Shown piece after piece: positions 10,947-21,454 of a stretch of DNA of 64,000 nucleotides. The DNA lies in assembly GCA_963749075.1 (NCBI GenBank), contig CAVVLJ010000020.1, positions 640,001 to 704,000 on the forward strand, read 5' to 3'. This stretch comes from an uncultured Pseudomonadota bacterium (lineage in GTDB: Bacteria; Pseudomonadota; Alphaproteobacteria; JACZXZ01). Both the position numbers and the translations under genes were made by a program. The notes under the pieces were generated by a model. That model saw only the letters and a list, made by a program, of their open reading frames with translations. It did not search any database and was not told the DNA's origin. Every line of letters starts with the position of its first letter. The stretch's first letter is position 1.

Positions 10947-12245
10947 TCAGCCCTTGTAGCAGCCCTCGTTCATCTTCTTCGCCGTCTCCTCGACCGAGAG
11001 CAGGCCGCCGGGGAAGGCGCTGTTCAGCACCTGCGAGAAGGTGTCCTTGCACTTGCCCTGCATCAGATCGAGCGGTCCGCCGATGAAATAGTCCTCCCCC
11101 TTCTGGCGCGCCATGAGCTCGGTGAAATAGGCGGCGTGCGGGCCGGAGAAGGTTTTCACGTCGGCCTTGATGCCGGTCTGGAGATAGACCGTCTCGATCC
11201 ACATTTTGCCCATCTCGGGCGTCGACATCGCATCGAGGAACTCGGCGGCGATCTTCTTATGCTTGCTCGCAGCATTGATCGCAAAGCTGGCGCCGATATC
11301 CGAGGTCTTGCAGTTGTTGCAGGCGCCGCCGTCCATCGCCGGATATTGCATGATGCCGAGCGGGAAGTCGGGCGGCTGGCCACCCTTATCCACGGGCACG
11401 AAGGCGCGGCCGGTGTACCAGCTGCCCATCGGCAGCATCAAGGAGCCGGGATTCGAGTAGAAATAATAGTGGGACTCGCCGAGCTTCAAGGTCATGAAAT
11501 TCTTGGGATAGGCGCCCGCGTCGACGAGCTCCTTGGTCCATTTGAGGACGGCGATGACGCGCGGGTCCTCGAACGACAGCTTGCCCGTCCACAGCTTCCT
11601 ATAGTCGTCCTTGCCGAGCTTGCGGAGGAGCGCCTCGCCGACGATGTAGGCGCCGGGGTAGGGCCGGTCGCCGACGCCCTGCGCGATCGGCGTGATCCCG
11701 GCCGCCTTGGCCTTCTTGACGAGATCGAGGAACTGCGCCTGGGTGAATTGCTCGTTGGCCGGCAGCTCGACCCCGAGCTTCTTAAGGAGCGCCTTGTTGT
11801 AATAGAGCTCGTTGGTGTAGGCCTCCTGCGGAACCCCGTAGGTCTTGCCGTTGTGGACCCAGACCGCGCGCGCCCAGGGTTCGATGTTGTTCCAATTGAC
11901 GAGATCGTCGAGCGGCGCCAGATAGCCGGCCTCGACATATTCCGTCCAATCCGGCTCGACGTAGAAGACGTCGGGCCCCTGGCCGGCCGGAAGTGCTGTC
12001 TTCAACGCGGCCAGCATCGGGTTCTTCTCGTACCAGGTGATCTTGACGTGGACCCCCGGATGCGCGGCCTCGAGATTCTTGGCGGCCTTCTCGCGGAAGG
12101 CGACCTTGGCGTCCTCGTCCGCCTCGTGGCTCCACACCGTGAGCGTTACGTCCTCGGCCCGCGCGCTCGGCGCCAGTGCGCAAAAGCCGACCGCCGCGAC
12201 AAGCGCCGCGAGCGCAGCGCGTCGCGTTGCAAAGCGTCCCGTCAT
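10947..12245 (-). CDS. Carbohydrate ABC transporter substrate-binding protein
   Basis: Signal peptide MTGRFATRRAALAALVAAVG..ARA; PDVFY and LYYNKALLKKLG SBP_bac_1-type motifs; the track ORF is over-extended. Confidence 0.9.
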   Translation of the reverse strand: MTGRFATRRAALAALVAAVGFCALAPSARAEDVTLTVWSHEADEDAKVAFREKAAKNLEAAHPGVHVKITWYEKNPMLAALKTALPAGQGPDVFYVEPDWTEYVEAGYLAPLDDLVNWNNIEPWARAVWVHNGKTYGVPQEAYTNELYYNKALLKKLGVELPANEQFTQAQFLDLVKKAKAAGITPIAQGVGDRPYPGAYIVGEALLRKLGKDDYRKLWTGKLSFEDPRVIAVLKWTKELVDAGAYPKNFMTLKLGESHYYFYSNPGSLMLPMGSWYTGRAFVPVDKGGQPPDFPLGIMQYPAMDGGACNNCKTSDIGASFAINAASKHKKIAAEFLDAMSTPEMGKMWIETVYLQTGIKADVKTFSGPHAAYFTELMARQKGEDYFIGGPLDLMQGKCKDTFSQVLNSAFPGGLLSVEETAKKMNEGCYKG

Positions 12246-12413
12246 CGTTCGCCCCCTCGTCAATTGCTTCGTTCTGGCCATGGCCGGCAGGCCGCTCGTC
12301 GCCGCCTTCCTCCCCGGGCCCCGGCGTTTCCGTTGCCGCGAGCAACGATAGGCTCTACGATCGATTGAAACAAATTGATTTAATGGCCGGTAATCGATAG
12401 GGTTTTCCAATCT

Positions 12414-13319
12414 ATGAGGACTTCGCTGGGTCAAATCGAGGCGTTCTATTGGATCGAGCGGCTGGGCAGCTTTCGCGCCGCCGCCGTCCAGCTCAACCTG
12501 ACCCAGCCGACCGTCAGCCTGCGCATCAGAAGCCTCGAGCGCTCGCTCGGCCACCGCCTTTTCGAGCGCGCCGGCCGCCGGGCGCGGCTGACGGCCGAGG
12601 GGGTGGCGCTGCTGCCGCTCGTCAGGCGGCTGGTCGATCTCGCCGAGCAGGTCTCGACGCACCATGCCTCGCACGACCCGCTGCAGGGCCGCCTCAGGCT
12701 CGGTGCCCCTGCCAGCTTCGCATTGAGCTGCATGGCGAACCTCCTCGGCGACCTCAGGAAGGAATATCCCGAGCTCACCGTGGCCCTGACCGTCGACAAC
12801 AGCGTCGAGCTGTCCCGCAGGCTGAACGCCCGCGAGCTCGATCTCGCCTTCGTGGTCGACCCGGAGGTCGAGCCCTTCGTGCGGGTCGAGGCGCTCGGCA
12901 CGATGCCGCACGTCTGGGTCTCCAGCCCGCGGCTCGGACTGGGGGCGGGCTGGCTGGAGCCGAGGGACCTCTTGGGCTTCCATGTCTTCACCCATCCCGA
13001 GCCGTCCGGCTTACGCGTGCTGGTGATGAACTGGTTCGCCTCCGCCGGGCTCGAGCCGCAGCAGCTCAGCACGTGCAACGACCTCTCGGTCATCGTTCGC
13101 TTGACCGCGGCCGGCGAGGGGGTGGCGCTGCTGCCGCTCGCCATCCTCAGGAGCGAGCTGCGCTCCGCGGCGCTCGCGGTGCTCAGGACCCGGCCGCAGA
13201 CGGAGCGCCCGCGGCTCTATGCCGCCTATCTTGTGGACAAGGCCGGGCGGAGCGTGAATACGGTGCTCGAGACGGCGCGCCGGGTCATCGTCGGCTCCGA
13301 TCTCGTCTCGAGCGCGTAA
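12414..13319 (+). CDS. LysR-family transcriptional regulator, divergent from the ABC operon
   Basis: GSFRAAAVQLNLTQPTVSLRIRSLE HTH; AT-rich intergenic region with GAT-N11-ATC (T-N11-A) at about 12396-12412. Confidence 0.95.
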   Translation: MRTSLGQIEAFYWIERLGSFRAAAVQLNLTQPTVSLRIRSLERSLGHRLFERAGRRARLTAEGVALLPLVRRLVDLAEQVSTHHASHDPLQGRLRLGAPASFALSCMANLLGDLRKEYPELTVALTVDNSVELSRRLNARELDLAFVVDPEVEPFVRVEALGTMPHVWVSSPRLGLGAGWLEPRDLLGFHVFTHPEPSGLRVLVMNWFASAGLEPQQLSTCNDLSVIVRLTAAGEGVALLPLAILRSELRSAALAVLRTRPQTERPRLYAAYLVDKAGRSVNTVLETARRVIVGSDLVSSA

Positions 13320-13368
13320 CGCAATTGCGGCACCCTCGCAGGTGCCTGCGATGGGGAGGTGTCGGTCC

Positions 13369-13825
13369 ATGACGAACGGGATGAGGAACCCCGGCACTCC
13401 GGCGCCAGCTGCCGCCGCCGATGCCGAGGCGGCGGCGGCCTTCGAGCAGCTCCCCCTCCTCGTCGCCGCCGACGTCCGGCTCGCCCACCGCGCCCGCCAT
13501 CTCGCGGTCGAGTGCCTCATCGAGATCGGTGCCGTGCCGTTCTACGCCGCGATCGCCCAGGGCAGGCTCGAGGCACTCGAGCGCGGCCCGCTCCTCATGC
13601 GGCCGTGGCGCTTCGCGGTCCGCGCCCCGGCGGCTGCGTGGCTCGCCCTCTGGCAGCCGGTGCCGGCACCCGGCTGGCACGACCTCATGGCGCTGGCCAA
13701 GCGCGGCGAGGCGAGGCTCGAGGGCGACCTCCATCCGCTCATGGCGAACCTGCAGTATTTCAAGGACGTCTCTGGCGGCACCCCGCCGGCTCTTCGCGGA
13801 GGCCTCCCATGACGGCGGAGATTGA
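13369..13825 (+). CDS. Conserved hypothetical protein (possible SCP2-like fold), probable 1-bp frameshift near the C-terminus
   Basis: GGAGGT RBS before ATG 13369; motif W..P.PGWHDL.AL.K.GE..LEGDL.PLMANLQYFKDV; removing the T at about 13771 gives KDVLAAPRRL...stop at 13825, otherwise the stop is at 13812. Confidence 0.65.
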
Positions 13826-14672
13826 GCCCATCGTCGGCCGCTACGCGCGCATCGAGATCGGCGGCCGGCCGCACCGCATCTATTTCGAGGAGAGCGGTGC
13901 CGGCATCCCGCTCCTCTGCCTGCATACGGCGGGCGCCGACGGGCGGCAGTGGCGCCATCTCATGGTCGATGCCGAGGTGACGCGGCACTTCCGCGTGCTC
14001 GCCTTCGACATGCCGTGGCACGGCAAGTCGAACCCGCCGGCGGGCTGGGAGAAGAGCGAGTACCGCCTCACGACGGCGCTCTATGCCGAGATGGTGCGCG
14101 CCTTCTCGAAGGCGCTCGCGCTCGAGCGGCCGGTGGTGATGGGCTGCTCGATCGGCGGCCGGCTGGTGCTGCATCTCGCCGTCGCGCACGCCGCGGAGTT
14201 CCGCGCCTTCATCGGCCTCGAGGCAGCCGACTTCCAGGCGCCGTGGTACGATACCGACTGGCTGCACCGCGCCGACGTGCACGGCGGCGAGCTTTGCGCC
14301 GCCCTCGTCTCGGGCCTCGTCGCCCCGCAAAGCCCCGCCGAGTTCCGCCACGAGACGCTCTGGCACTACATGCAGGGCGGCCCGGGCGTGTTCAAGGGCG
14401 ACCTCTATTTCTATCGCGTCGACGGCGACCTGCGCGGCGAGCTCGGGCGCATCGACACCAAGGCGGCGCCGCTCTTTCTCCTGACGGGCGAGTACGACTA
14501 CTCCTGCGAGCCCGCGGATACGCTGAGGACGGCGGCGGCGATCGCGGGCGCCGAGGTTAAGGTGATGAAGGCGCTCGGGCACTTCCCGATGAGCGAAAAC
14601 CCGGCGCAGTTCCGCGCCTATATCCTGCCCGTGCTCGAGAAGATCCGCGCGCTCGGGGCGCCCGCCGCATAG
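13809..14672 (+). CDS. Alpha/beta hydrolase
   Basis: LCLHTAGADG, FDMPWHGKS, nucleophile elbow GCSIGG, TGEYD, GHFPMSENP. Confidence 0.92.
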   Translation: MTAEIEPIVGRYARIEIGGRPHRIYFEESGAGIPLLCLHTAGADGRQWRHLMVDAEVTRHFRVLAFDMPWHGKSNPPAGWEKSEYRLTTALYAEMVRAFSKALALERPVVMGCSIGGRLVLHLAVAHAAEFRAFIGLEAADFQAPWYDTDWLHRADVHGGELCAALVSGLVAPQSPAEFRHETLWHYMQGGPGVFKGDLYFYRVDGDLRGELGRIDTKAAPLFLLTGEYDYSCEPADTLRTAAAIAGAEVKVMKALGHFPMSENPAQFRAYILPVLEKIRALGAPAA

Positions 14673-14677
14673 CCGCA

Positions 14678-14700
14678 GCGCCGCCCTTCCAGGGCGGCGC
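14678..14700. terminator. GC-rich hairpin between convergent genes
   Basis: GCGCCGCCCT-tcc-AGGGCGGCGC perfect 10-bp stem; no clear U-tract. Confidence 0.4.
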
Positions 14701-14740
14701 CGTCAGCGAGCCGCGCTATTTCCCGCTCGCTCCGGCGATG

Positions 14741-15154
14741 TCACCTGGGCGGCGCCGCGGGAACCTGACGCCAGCCCGTGTTGCAGGTCTGGACGTAGGG
14801 ATAATAGCCCTTGGAGCTGTCGCAGTAGTACCAGGTCTGCGCCGTCGACGGCGCCGGAGCGGCCGCAGGGGCCGACGGCTGCTGGATCACGGTGACCGGT
14901 GCGGCGGGCTCATACGCGTAAGGGTAGTAGCCGGGGTAGTAGTAGGGCCAGCCCCACCAGGGAGCCAGGCCGGCGCCCCAACCCCCGCCGCAGCACCAAC
15001 CGCCGTGCCACCCGCCGCCGCCGTGCCACCCGCGGGCGGCATCGGCCGGAGCAACGGAGCCCGCAACAAAGAGCACGCCCGCGGCCAGCATGAGAGCTGC
15101 GCAGATACGGCCGAGAGCTCGGAGCGAACGCGACGCTTTTGCGGTGATCGTCAT
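14741..15154 (-). CDS. Small exported Pro/Gly/Trp/Tyr-rich protein
   Basis: Signal peptide, GWHGGG repeats, C-terminal WYYC..GYYPYV..C..WRQVPA motif shared with 21988-22497. Confidence 0.75.
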   Translation of the reverse strand: MTITAKASRSLRALGRICAALMLAAGVLFVAGSVAPADAARGWHGGGGWHGGWCCGGGWGAGLAPWWGWPYYYPGYYPYAYEPAAPVTVIQQPSAPAAAPAPSTAQTWYYCDSSKGYYPYVQTCNTGWRQVPAAPPR

Positions 15155-15414
15155 GGCATGATCCTCTGGCTTCCTACCTCAGGACGCACGTGGCTGCCGG
15201 TCTCACTTCCCGCCCCCGCCCTCGCAAAGCGGAAGGCGTTGCCGAGATTGTAATCTGGTACATTTGCCGTTGCGAATCAAGATGAGGGGCCCCCGCGGGT
15301 GCATGTTCGCCGCCGACATCGCCAAGAGTTTCCTCGAAGCGGCGATTGCCGCCAGTGACCGCGATCACAGGCAGCACCTGATCGTGGGCGTGCGCTAGCC
15401 GGGCGCCGCCTGTC

Positions 15415-17040
15415 TCAGCCGCGTACCCGGGGCATGAGGATGAGGTCCCACGGGCTCGGCATGGCGCCGCAGGGCACGTGGACGAGCGCCGGCGCGTCGA
15501 GCGCGAGGGCCGCGCGCAAGGCGCTCTCGAGATCCTGCGGCTCTCGGGCGCGGAAGCCGGCGACGCCGAAGGCGTCAGCGAGCTTGAGGAAGTCGGGATT
15601 GACCAGATCACAGGCGATCGTCCGGTTGCCGTATTGCTCCTCCTGAATACGCCGCACGTTGCCGAAACCGGCGTTGTCGAACACCACCACGACGACCGCA
15701 AGCCGATGCTGCACCGCGGTCGCAAGCTCGCCCGCCTGATACATGAAGCCGCCGTCGCCGGCGATGGCCACGACCGGCGTCCCCGGCTTGGCCGCCTTGG
15801 CGCCGAGTGCCGCTCCGTAGCCCCAGCCGAGATTGTCCTGGTAGCCGGGCGAGAGGAAGGTGCGCGGCTTGAGCACCGGGAAGGCCAGGCGCGACACGAA
15901 GCCGACCTGCGTCACCTCGTCCACGAAGATGCCGTCCTCGGGAAGTGCGGCGCGGATGGCCTTGAGGAAGCCCAGCTGCGGCTCGAGGCGGGCAAGCCGC
16001 CCGGCGAGCCAGGCGCGCTGCGCCTGCAGCTCCTCCGTGCGCGCCGCGCGCCGGCGATTGTGCGCCGGCAGGCGGGCGAGGAGCGCCCGGGCGGCGTCCG
16101 CCGCCTCGCCCAAGAGGGCGGCGGCAGGCTTCAGGAAGCGCTCCGGCGCCTCGGGATCGCTGTCGATGCGCACGATCTTGAGGTCTTGATCCACCCCCCA
16201 CTGGCTCTGCTGCATGTAGAGCCGCGTGCCGATGGCGAGCACGGCGTCGCTCTCGGCCCACAGGCGATGGGCGATGGGGAGGGCCACGCTGAGCCGGTGC
16301 GTCGCGGGCAGCACGCCCTGGCCGCGGCGGTAGGCAACGACCGGCGCCTCGAGGAGCTCGGCGAGTGCGGCCACTTCCGGGCCGGCATCCTGAGCGCCGC
16401 CGCCCACGACGATGAGCGGGCGCTTGGCCGCACCCAGGATCCTGGCCGCGGACTCGGCGGCGTCCTCGTCGATCGGCGGCTGCTCTGCCGGCGCCGGCAT
16501 CTCCGGGAAGACGACGGCGCCCTTCTGCCCCGAGACGTCGATCGCGCATTCGAGCACCGCCGGCCCGGCGCGCCCGGCGGCCGTGCTGCGGAGCGCCTCG
16601 CTCACGCGGAGCGGCGCCTCGTGGGCGGCACGAATGCGCGCGACATGCTTGGCCAGGTGCCGGGCCAGGCCGCGCTGGTCGTGGATCTCGTGGAGGTGGC
16701 CGTGGCCGCGGTCGATGTCGGCCTGCGGGATCTGGCCGGCCAGCGCCACGACCGGCGCATTCATGCCGTAGGCGGTGAGCAGTGCCGCACCGGCATTGAG
16801 GAAGCCGGGGCCGGGCACCACCGCGAAGGCCTGCGGCTTGCCGGTAGCACACGCCGCACCGAGCGCCATATAGGCCGCGGCCTGCTCGTGGCGCGGGTGG
16901 ATGACGCGGAGGCGGGCTTGCGCGCCATGGAAGGCATCGAAGAGCGGATCGTTGTGCAGCCCCGGCAGGCCGTAGACCGTGTCGATGCCATGGCGCAGCA
17001 GGCTCTCGACCACGGCCTCGGCGGCGGTCATGGTGGGCAT
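15415..17040 (-). CDS. Thiamine-pyrophosphate-dependent enzyme (acetolactate synthase-like superfamily)
   Basis: VYGLPG, RHEQAAAYMA, TPP motif GDGGF..(x)..VVFDN. Confidence 0.92.
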   Translation of the reverse strand: MPTMTAAEAVVESLLRHGIDTVYGLPGLHNDPLFDAFHGAQARLRVIHPRHEQAAAYMALGAACATGKPQAFAVVPGPGFLNAGAALLTAYGMNAPVVALAGQIPQADIDRGHGHLHEIHDQRGLARHLAKHVARIRAAHEAPLRVSEALRSTAAGRAGPAVLECAIDVSGQKGAVVFPEMPAPAEQPPIDEDAAESAARILGAAKRPLIVVGGGAQDAGPEVAALAELLEAPVVAYRRGQGVLPATHRLSVALPIAHRLWAESDAVLAIGTRLYMQQSQWGVDQDLKIVRIDSDPEAPERFLKPAAALLGEAADAARALLARLPAHNRRRAARTEELQAQRAWLAGRLARLEPQLGFLKAIRAALPEDGIFVDEVTQVGFVSRLAFPVLKPRTFLSPGYQDNLGWGYGAALGAKAAKPGTPVVAIAGDGGFMYQAGELATAVQHRLAVVVVVFDNAGFGNVRRIQEEQYGNRTIACDLVNPDFLKLADAFGVAGFRAREPQDLESALRAALALDAPALVHVPCGAMPSPWDLILMPRVRG

Positions 17041-17054
17041 GGCCGGCGCTTCGC

Positions 17055-18845
17055 TCAGCGCACGTCCAAGGGCGGCATGAGGAGGCGGGCGTCGCCCGGC
17101 CGGGCGAGCGCCGGAAGCTCGGCGATGAGCGGGCGCAACGCCGTGACGCTCATGCCGAGCTCGTGGGCGAGGGAGCCGGCGATGCGCGCCTGAGTGAGCT
17201 CGTCATAATTGAAGAGCCGCTCCAAGAGCTCGCGCAGCTCGTGCCCGCGCTGCGGATAGCTCCTCAAGCTCACGGTTTCCTCGGGCTTGATGCCGGCCGC
17301 CTCGCGGGCGAGCTCGAGCGCCTTCTCGAAGCCGCCGAGGGCGTCGACCAGGCCGATCTTCTGCGCCTGCTCGCCGGTGAAGACGCGCCCCTTGGCGATT
17401 TCCGGGATGCGCCTCGGCTCGAGGCCGCGCCCGGCCACCACCTTGGTGGTGAAGTCCTTGTAGATGGCGTCGAGGGAGGCCTCGAAGCGATCCCAGGCCG
17501 CGGCCGAGAAGTCCTGATCGACGCTCCAGTCCGCGGCATCGGCGCCGATCTTCAGCGTGTCGATGCTGATGCCGAGCTTGTCGAGCAGCCCCTTGACCAC
17601 GAGCTTGCCGCCGAAGACGCCGATCGAGCCGGTGAGGGTGCCCGGCTCGGCCACGATCTTGGTGGCGGGTGCGGCGATGAAATAGCCGCCCGAGGCCGCC
17701 GTGTCCCCCATCGAGACGACGACCGGCTTGCCGGCCGCCTTGGCGCGGGCGACCGCCCGCCAGATGGTGTCGGATGCCACATAGGAGCCGCCGGGGCTGT
17801 CGACGCGCAGCAGGATGGCCGCCACGTCGTGCGCGCGCGCCGCCTCGTCGAGCTCGGCCGCGAGCGTGTCGGCGCCGATCTTGCTCGTGCCGAAGGCGTC
17901 GTCCAAGCCGCTCGATCCTCCGACGATCGGGCCGCTCGCGTTGATGACCGCAATGATGCGGCCGCTCTCCTTGCCGCTGTGCGTGGCGCGGAAATATTCC
18001 GGGAGCCGCACCACCCTGGCGCCCGACCCCGCGCGCCGCTTCGCCTCGTCGCGCGCATCGTCGTGGTAGCCGAGGCGGTCGACGAGCTTCGCCGCCATGG
18101 CGTCCGGGGCAAGGAACGGTCCGCGGTCGATGAGCGCCTTGACCGCGTCCGGGCTGAGGCCGCGACCCTCCGCGACCATGGCGACGAGCTGGCCATAGAG
18201 CGAGCCGAGGATGCTTCCGAGCGACTCCCTGAAGGCCGCATCGTAGGCGGTCTCGGTCAACTGATCGATGGCGGTCTTGTACTCCTCGCGCTTGTCGAAG
18301 CGCGGCAGGATGCCGAGCTTGTCGAGCGAGCCGCGGAAGAAGGGGGTCTGGGCCACGACGCCGACGAGGTTCACCTCGCCCGAGGGCTGCAGCCAGACCT
18401 CGTCGCACGCCGCCGCGACGGGATAGCCGCCGCTGCCGCCGCCGGCCGAGCCGTAGCTCTCGGCGAAGGCGATGACGAACTTGCCGCTTTTGCGGAAGGC
18501 GGCGATGGCATCGCGCAGCTCGTCGCTCGTGGCGGCGCCGAGCGAGGCGCCGAAGCGGACCAGGAGACCCTTGACGCGGGCATCGCCGCTCGCCTGCTTG
18601 AGCGCCGCCTCGACCTCGCGTAAGGTCGGGCGCTCGGGCGAGAGGAGGCCTGCAAGGTTTCCCGCGGAACCGGCATCGGCGAGCGGGCTTGAGAGATCGA
18701 GCTCGAGCGCCGTGACGCCCGGTACCGTGCGTCCGGAGGGCGAGACGAGGCTCATGCCGACCCACATCGCGAGCGCCGCGATGCCAAGCGTCATGAGCCC
18801 GACGAGCGCGAGAAAGCCGACGACGATTCGTTTGAGCCAGCGCAT
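17055..18845 (-). CDS. sppA: Signal peptide peptidase SppA (protease IV, long form)
   Basis: N-terminal TM, EYKTA, RVDSPGGS, SMGDTAASGGY, TLTGSIGV, GRVFTGEQA. Confidence 0.93.
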   Translation of the reverse strand: MRWLKRIVVGFLALVGLMTLGIAALAMWVGMSLVSPSGRTVPGVTALELDLSSPLADAGSAGNLAGLLSPERPTLREVEAALKQASGDARVKGLLVRFGASLGAATSDELRDAIAAFRKSGKFVIAFAESYGSAGGGSGGYPVAAACDEVWLQPSGEVNLVGVVAQTPFFRGSLDKLGILPRFDKREEYKTAIDQLTETAYDAAFRESLGSILGSLYGQLVAMVAEGRGLSPDAVKALIDRGPFLAPDAMAAKLVDRLGYHDDARDEAKRRAGSGARVVRLPEYFRATHSGKESGRIIAVINASGPIVGGSSGLDDAFGTSKIGADTLAAELDEAARAHDVAAILLRVDSPGGSYVASDTIWRAVARAKAAGKPVVVSMGDTAASGGYFIAAPATKIVAEPGTLTGSIGVFGGKLVVKGLLDKLGISIDTLKIGADAADWSVDQDFSAAAWDRFEASLDAIYKDFTTKVVAGRGLEPRRIPEIAKGRVFTGEQAQKIGLVDALGGFEKALELAREAAGIKPEETVSLRSYPQRGHELRELLERLFNYDELTQARIAGSLAHELGMSVTALRPLIAELPALARPGDARLLMPPLDVR

Positions 18846-18895
18846 CAGAACTCCTCCTCCGCGGCCGCGGGACCGCTCCTAGCGCCGTTCCCGGC

Positions 18896-19969
18896 TCAGC
18901 CGCCGCATTGCGCGCGGTGGCGCAGCAGGTGGTCGGCGAGCACGATCGCCATCATCGCCTCGCCGACCGGCACGGCGCGGATGCCGACGCAGGGATCGTG
19001 GCGGCCCTTGGTGACGACTTCCACCTCCTCGCCGCGCACGGTGACGCCGCGTTGCGGGATGAGGAGCGAGCTCGTCGGCTTGACGGCAAAGCGCACCACG
19101 ACGTCCTGGCCGGTCGAGATGCCGCCGAGCGTGCCGCCCGCGCGGTTGGTGAGGAAATGCGGCTTGCCGCCGACCATCCGCATCTCGTCGTGCGCCGCCT
19201 CGCCCGGCACGGCGGCACCCGCGAAACCGTCGCCGATCTCCACCGCCTTGACCGCGTTGATGCTCATCATGGCCTTGGCGAGATCGGCGTCGAGCTTGTC
19301 GTAGACCGGCTCGCCGAGCCCGGCCGGGACGCCCGAGGCGACGATCTCGACGACGGCGCCCACCGACGAGCCGCGCTTGCGCACGGCGTCGAGCTCGCCC
19401 TCCCAGGCGCTGGCCGCCTCGGCGTCGGGGCAGAAGAAGGGGTTCTCCTCGACCGCCGCCCAGCTCCAGCGGCCGCGCTCGATCCCGTGCGGGCCCATCT
19501 GCACCATGGCGCCGCGGATGACGACGCCTGGCCCCAGCACCTTGCGCGCGACCGCGCCGGCGGCGACCCGGCAGGCGGTCTCCCGGGCCGACGCGCGCCC
19601 GCCGCCGCGGTAGTCGCGGATGCCGTATTTGGCCTGATAGCTGAAGTCGGCGTGGCCGGGGCGGTAGAGCTCCTTGATCTCGCTGTAGTCCTTGGAGCGC
19701 TGGTCGACGTTCTCGATGAGGAGCGAGATCGGCGTGCCGGTGGTCTCGCCCTCGAAGGTGCCGGAGAGGATGCGCACCTGGTCCGGCTCGCGGCGCTGGC
19801 TCGTGAAGCGCGACTGGCCGGGGCGGCGCTTGTCGAGCCAGCGCTGGATGTCGGGCTCGGCGAGGGCGATGCGCGGCGGGGCGCCGTCGACGACGCAGCC
19901 GATGGCGGGGCCGTGGCTCTCGCCCCAGCTCGTGTAGCGGAACGCGTGGCCGAAGCTGTTGCCCGGCAT
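18896..19969 (-). CDS. aroC: Chorismate synthase
   Basis: [36 protein letters not shown]. Confidence 0.98.
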   Translation of the reverse strand: MPGNSFGHAFRYTSWGESHGPAIGCVVDGAPPRIALAEPDIQRWLDKRRPGQSRFTSQRREPDQVRILSGTFEGETTGTPISLLIENVDQRSKDYSEIKELYRPGHADFSYQAKYGIRDYRGGGRASARETACRVAAGAVARKVLGPGVVIRGAMVQMGPHGIERGRWSWAAVEENPFFCPDAEAASAWEGELDAVRKRGSSVGAVVEIVASGVPAGLGEPVYDKLDADLAKAMMSINAVKAVEIGDGFAGAAVPGEAAHDEMRMVGGKPHFLTNRAGGTLGGISTGQDVVVRFAVKPTSSLLIPQRGVTVRGEEVEVVTKGRHDPCVGIRAVPVGEAMMAIVLADHLLRHRAQCGG

Positions 19970-19971
19970 GG

Positions 19972-20814
19972 TCAGGAATTGGTCTTGAAGGTGTCGAGCA
20001 TGCCCTTCACCTCGGCCACCGCGTCGACCGCCAGCATGCCCACCACGTGGTAGCCGCAGTCGACGTGATGGACCTCGCCCGTGACACCGCTGCCGAGCTC
20101 GCTCAGGAGATAGAGCGCAGAGGCGCCCACCTGATCGATGGTTATGTTGTGCTTGAGCGGTGCGTTGTACTCGTTCCACTTGAGGATGTAGCGGAAATCG
20201 CCGATGGCCGAGGAGGCGAGCGTCTTGACCGGGCCTGCCGAGATGGCATTGACGCGGACCTGGCGGCCGCCGAGATCGACCGCGAGGTAGCGCACGCTCG
20301 CCTCGAGCGCCGCCTTGGCCACGCCCATCACGTTATAGTGGGGCATCACCTTCTCGGCGCCGTAATAGGTGAGGGTCAGGAGGCTGCCGCCGTGCGGCAT
20401 CAGGGGGGCGGCGCGGCGCGCGAGCTCGGTGAAGGAGTAGCAGGAGATCACCATGGTCTGGACGAAGTTCTCCCGGCTGGTGTCGACGTACTTGCCGGTG
20501 AGCTCAATGCGGTCCGAGAAGGCGATGGCGTGCACGACGAAGTCGATGGTGCCCCACGCCTCCGCCATGGCGGCGAACACGGCATCCAGGCTCGCCGCGT
20601 CCGTCACGTCGCAGGGCAGCACGAGGGGTGCGCCGACGGACTCCGCGAGCGGGCGCACGCGCCGCTCGAGCTGCGGGATCTGGTAGGTGATGGCGAGCTT
20701 GGCGCCGTGCGCGGCGAGCGTCTTGGCGATGCCCCATGCCAGCGAGCGGTCGTTCGCCACGCCGAGGATGAGGCCGCACTTCCCGGCCATGAGCGCGCTT
20801 GCTTCGGTCATCAT
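19972..20814 (-). CDS. fabI: Enoyl-ACP reductase
   Basis: [42 protein letters not shown]. Confidence 0.97.
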   Translation of the reverse strand: MMTEASALMAGKCGLILGVANDRSLAWGIAKTLAAHGAKLAITYQIPQLERRVRPLAESVGAPLVLPCDVTDAASLDAVFAAMAEAWGTIDFVVHAIAFSDRIELTGKYVDTSRENFVQTMVISCYSFTELARRAAPLMPHGGSLLTLTYYGAEKVMPHYNVMGVAKAALEASVRYLAVDLGGRQVRVNAISAGPVKTLASSAIGDFRYILKWNEYNAPLKHNITIDQVGASALYLLSELGSGVTGEVHHVDCGYHVVGMLAVDAVAEVKGMLDTFKTNS

Positions 20815-20954
20815 CGCCTCTTCCGGTTCTCTCTGGCACGGCGCTCCGGGCCGGCGGCATCCTACACAAAAGGCGGAAACCGGCAAAGCCGCCTCCGCCG
20901 CGGCCGCTCGAGGGGAAGATGGAGCGACGGCGCTGCGCCGGGCCCGCGCGTTGC

Positions 20955-21377
20955 TTAACGCCGGCCGACGATGGTCCAGGAGCCGTCGCCGAGGCGGCAT
21001 GCCGTGGCGCGGCTCTCCGCGGTGTCGCCGCCGACCGTGACGGTGGCGCGGAAGTCGCGGCAGAACCGGCCGGAGACGCTGCGATAGGTTGTGACGGGCG
21101 TGACGCTCCCGGAATGTCCGCTCTCCGGGTTCGTCCAGCTCGCAGTCTCGCCCGAAGGCACGCCCTCGAGCGCCTGCTGGGTGGTCCGCTGCCGGTAGGC
21201 CTCGTCCTCGGCATCCAGCGCGCGCTCGGCCTCGCCTGCGGCGCCGCGGGCAGCGCCAGCAGAGAGCGCATCCGCCGCCGGCTGGCCAGCCTCGCCCGGC
21301 ACCCCGCTCCCTCCGCCCGCGCATCCTGAAAGCGCCAGGAGGACGACGGCCGCTCCCGCTCTCGCGACGAGCCTCAT
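20955..21377 (-). CDS. 17-kDa surface antigen-like lipoprotein (RT0821/Lpp0805 family)
   Basis: Lipobox LSGC; W.NPESGHSGSVTP, CRDF..TV..ACRLGDGSW motifs. Confidence 0.85.
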   Translation of the reverse strand: MRLVARAGAAVVLLALSGCAGGGSGVPGEAGQPAADALSAGAARGAAGEAERALDAEDEAYRQRTTQQALEGVPSGETASWTNPESGHSGSVTPVTTYRSVSGRFCRDFRATVTVGGDTAESRATACRLGDGSWTIVGRR

Positions 21378-21454
21378 GAGCGTCGGCGGCAATGCCCTCC
21401 CTCGGATCGCCTGCGGGAGCGGCGGCGCGCAGGTGCGGCGCCGCTCCCGCGCGA

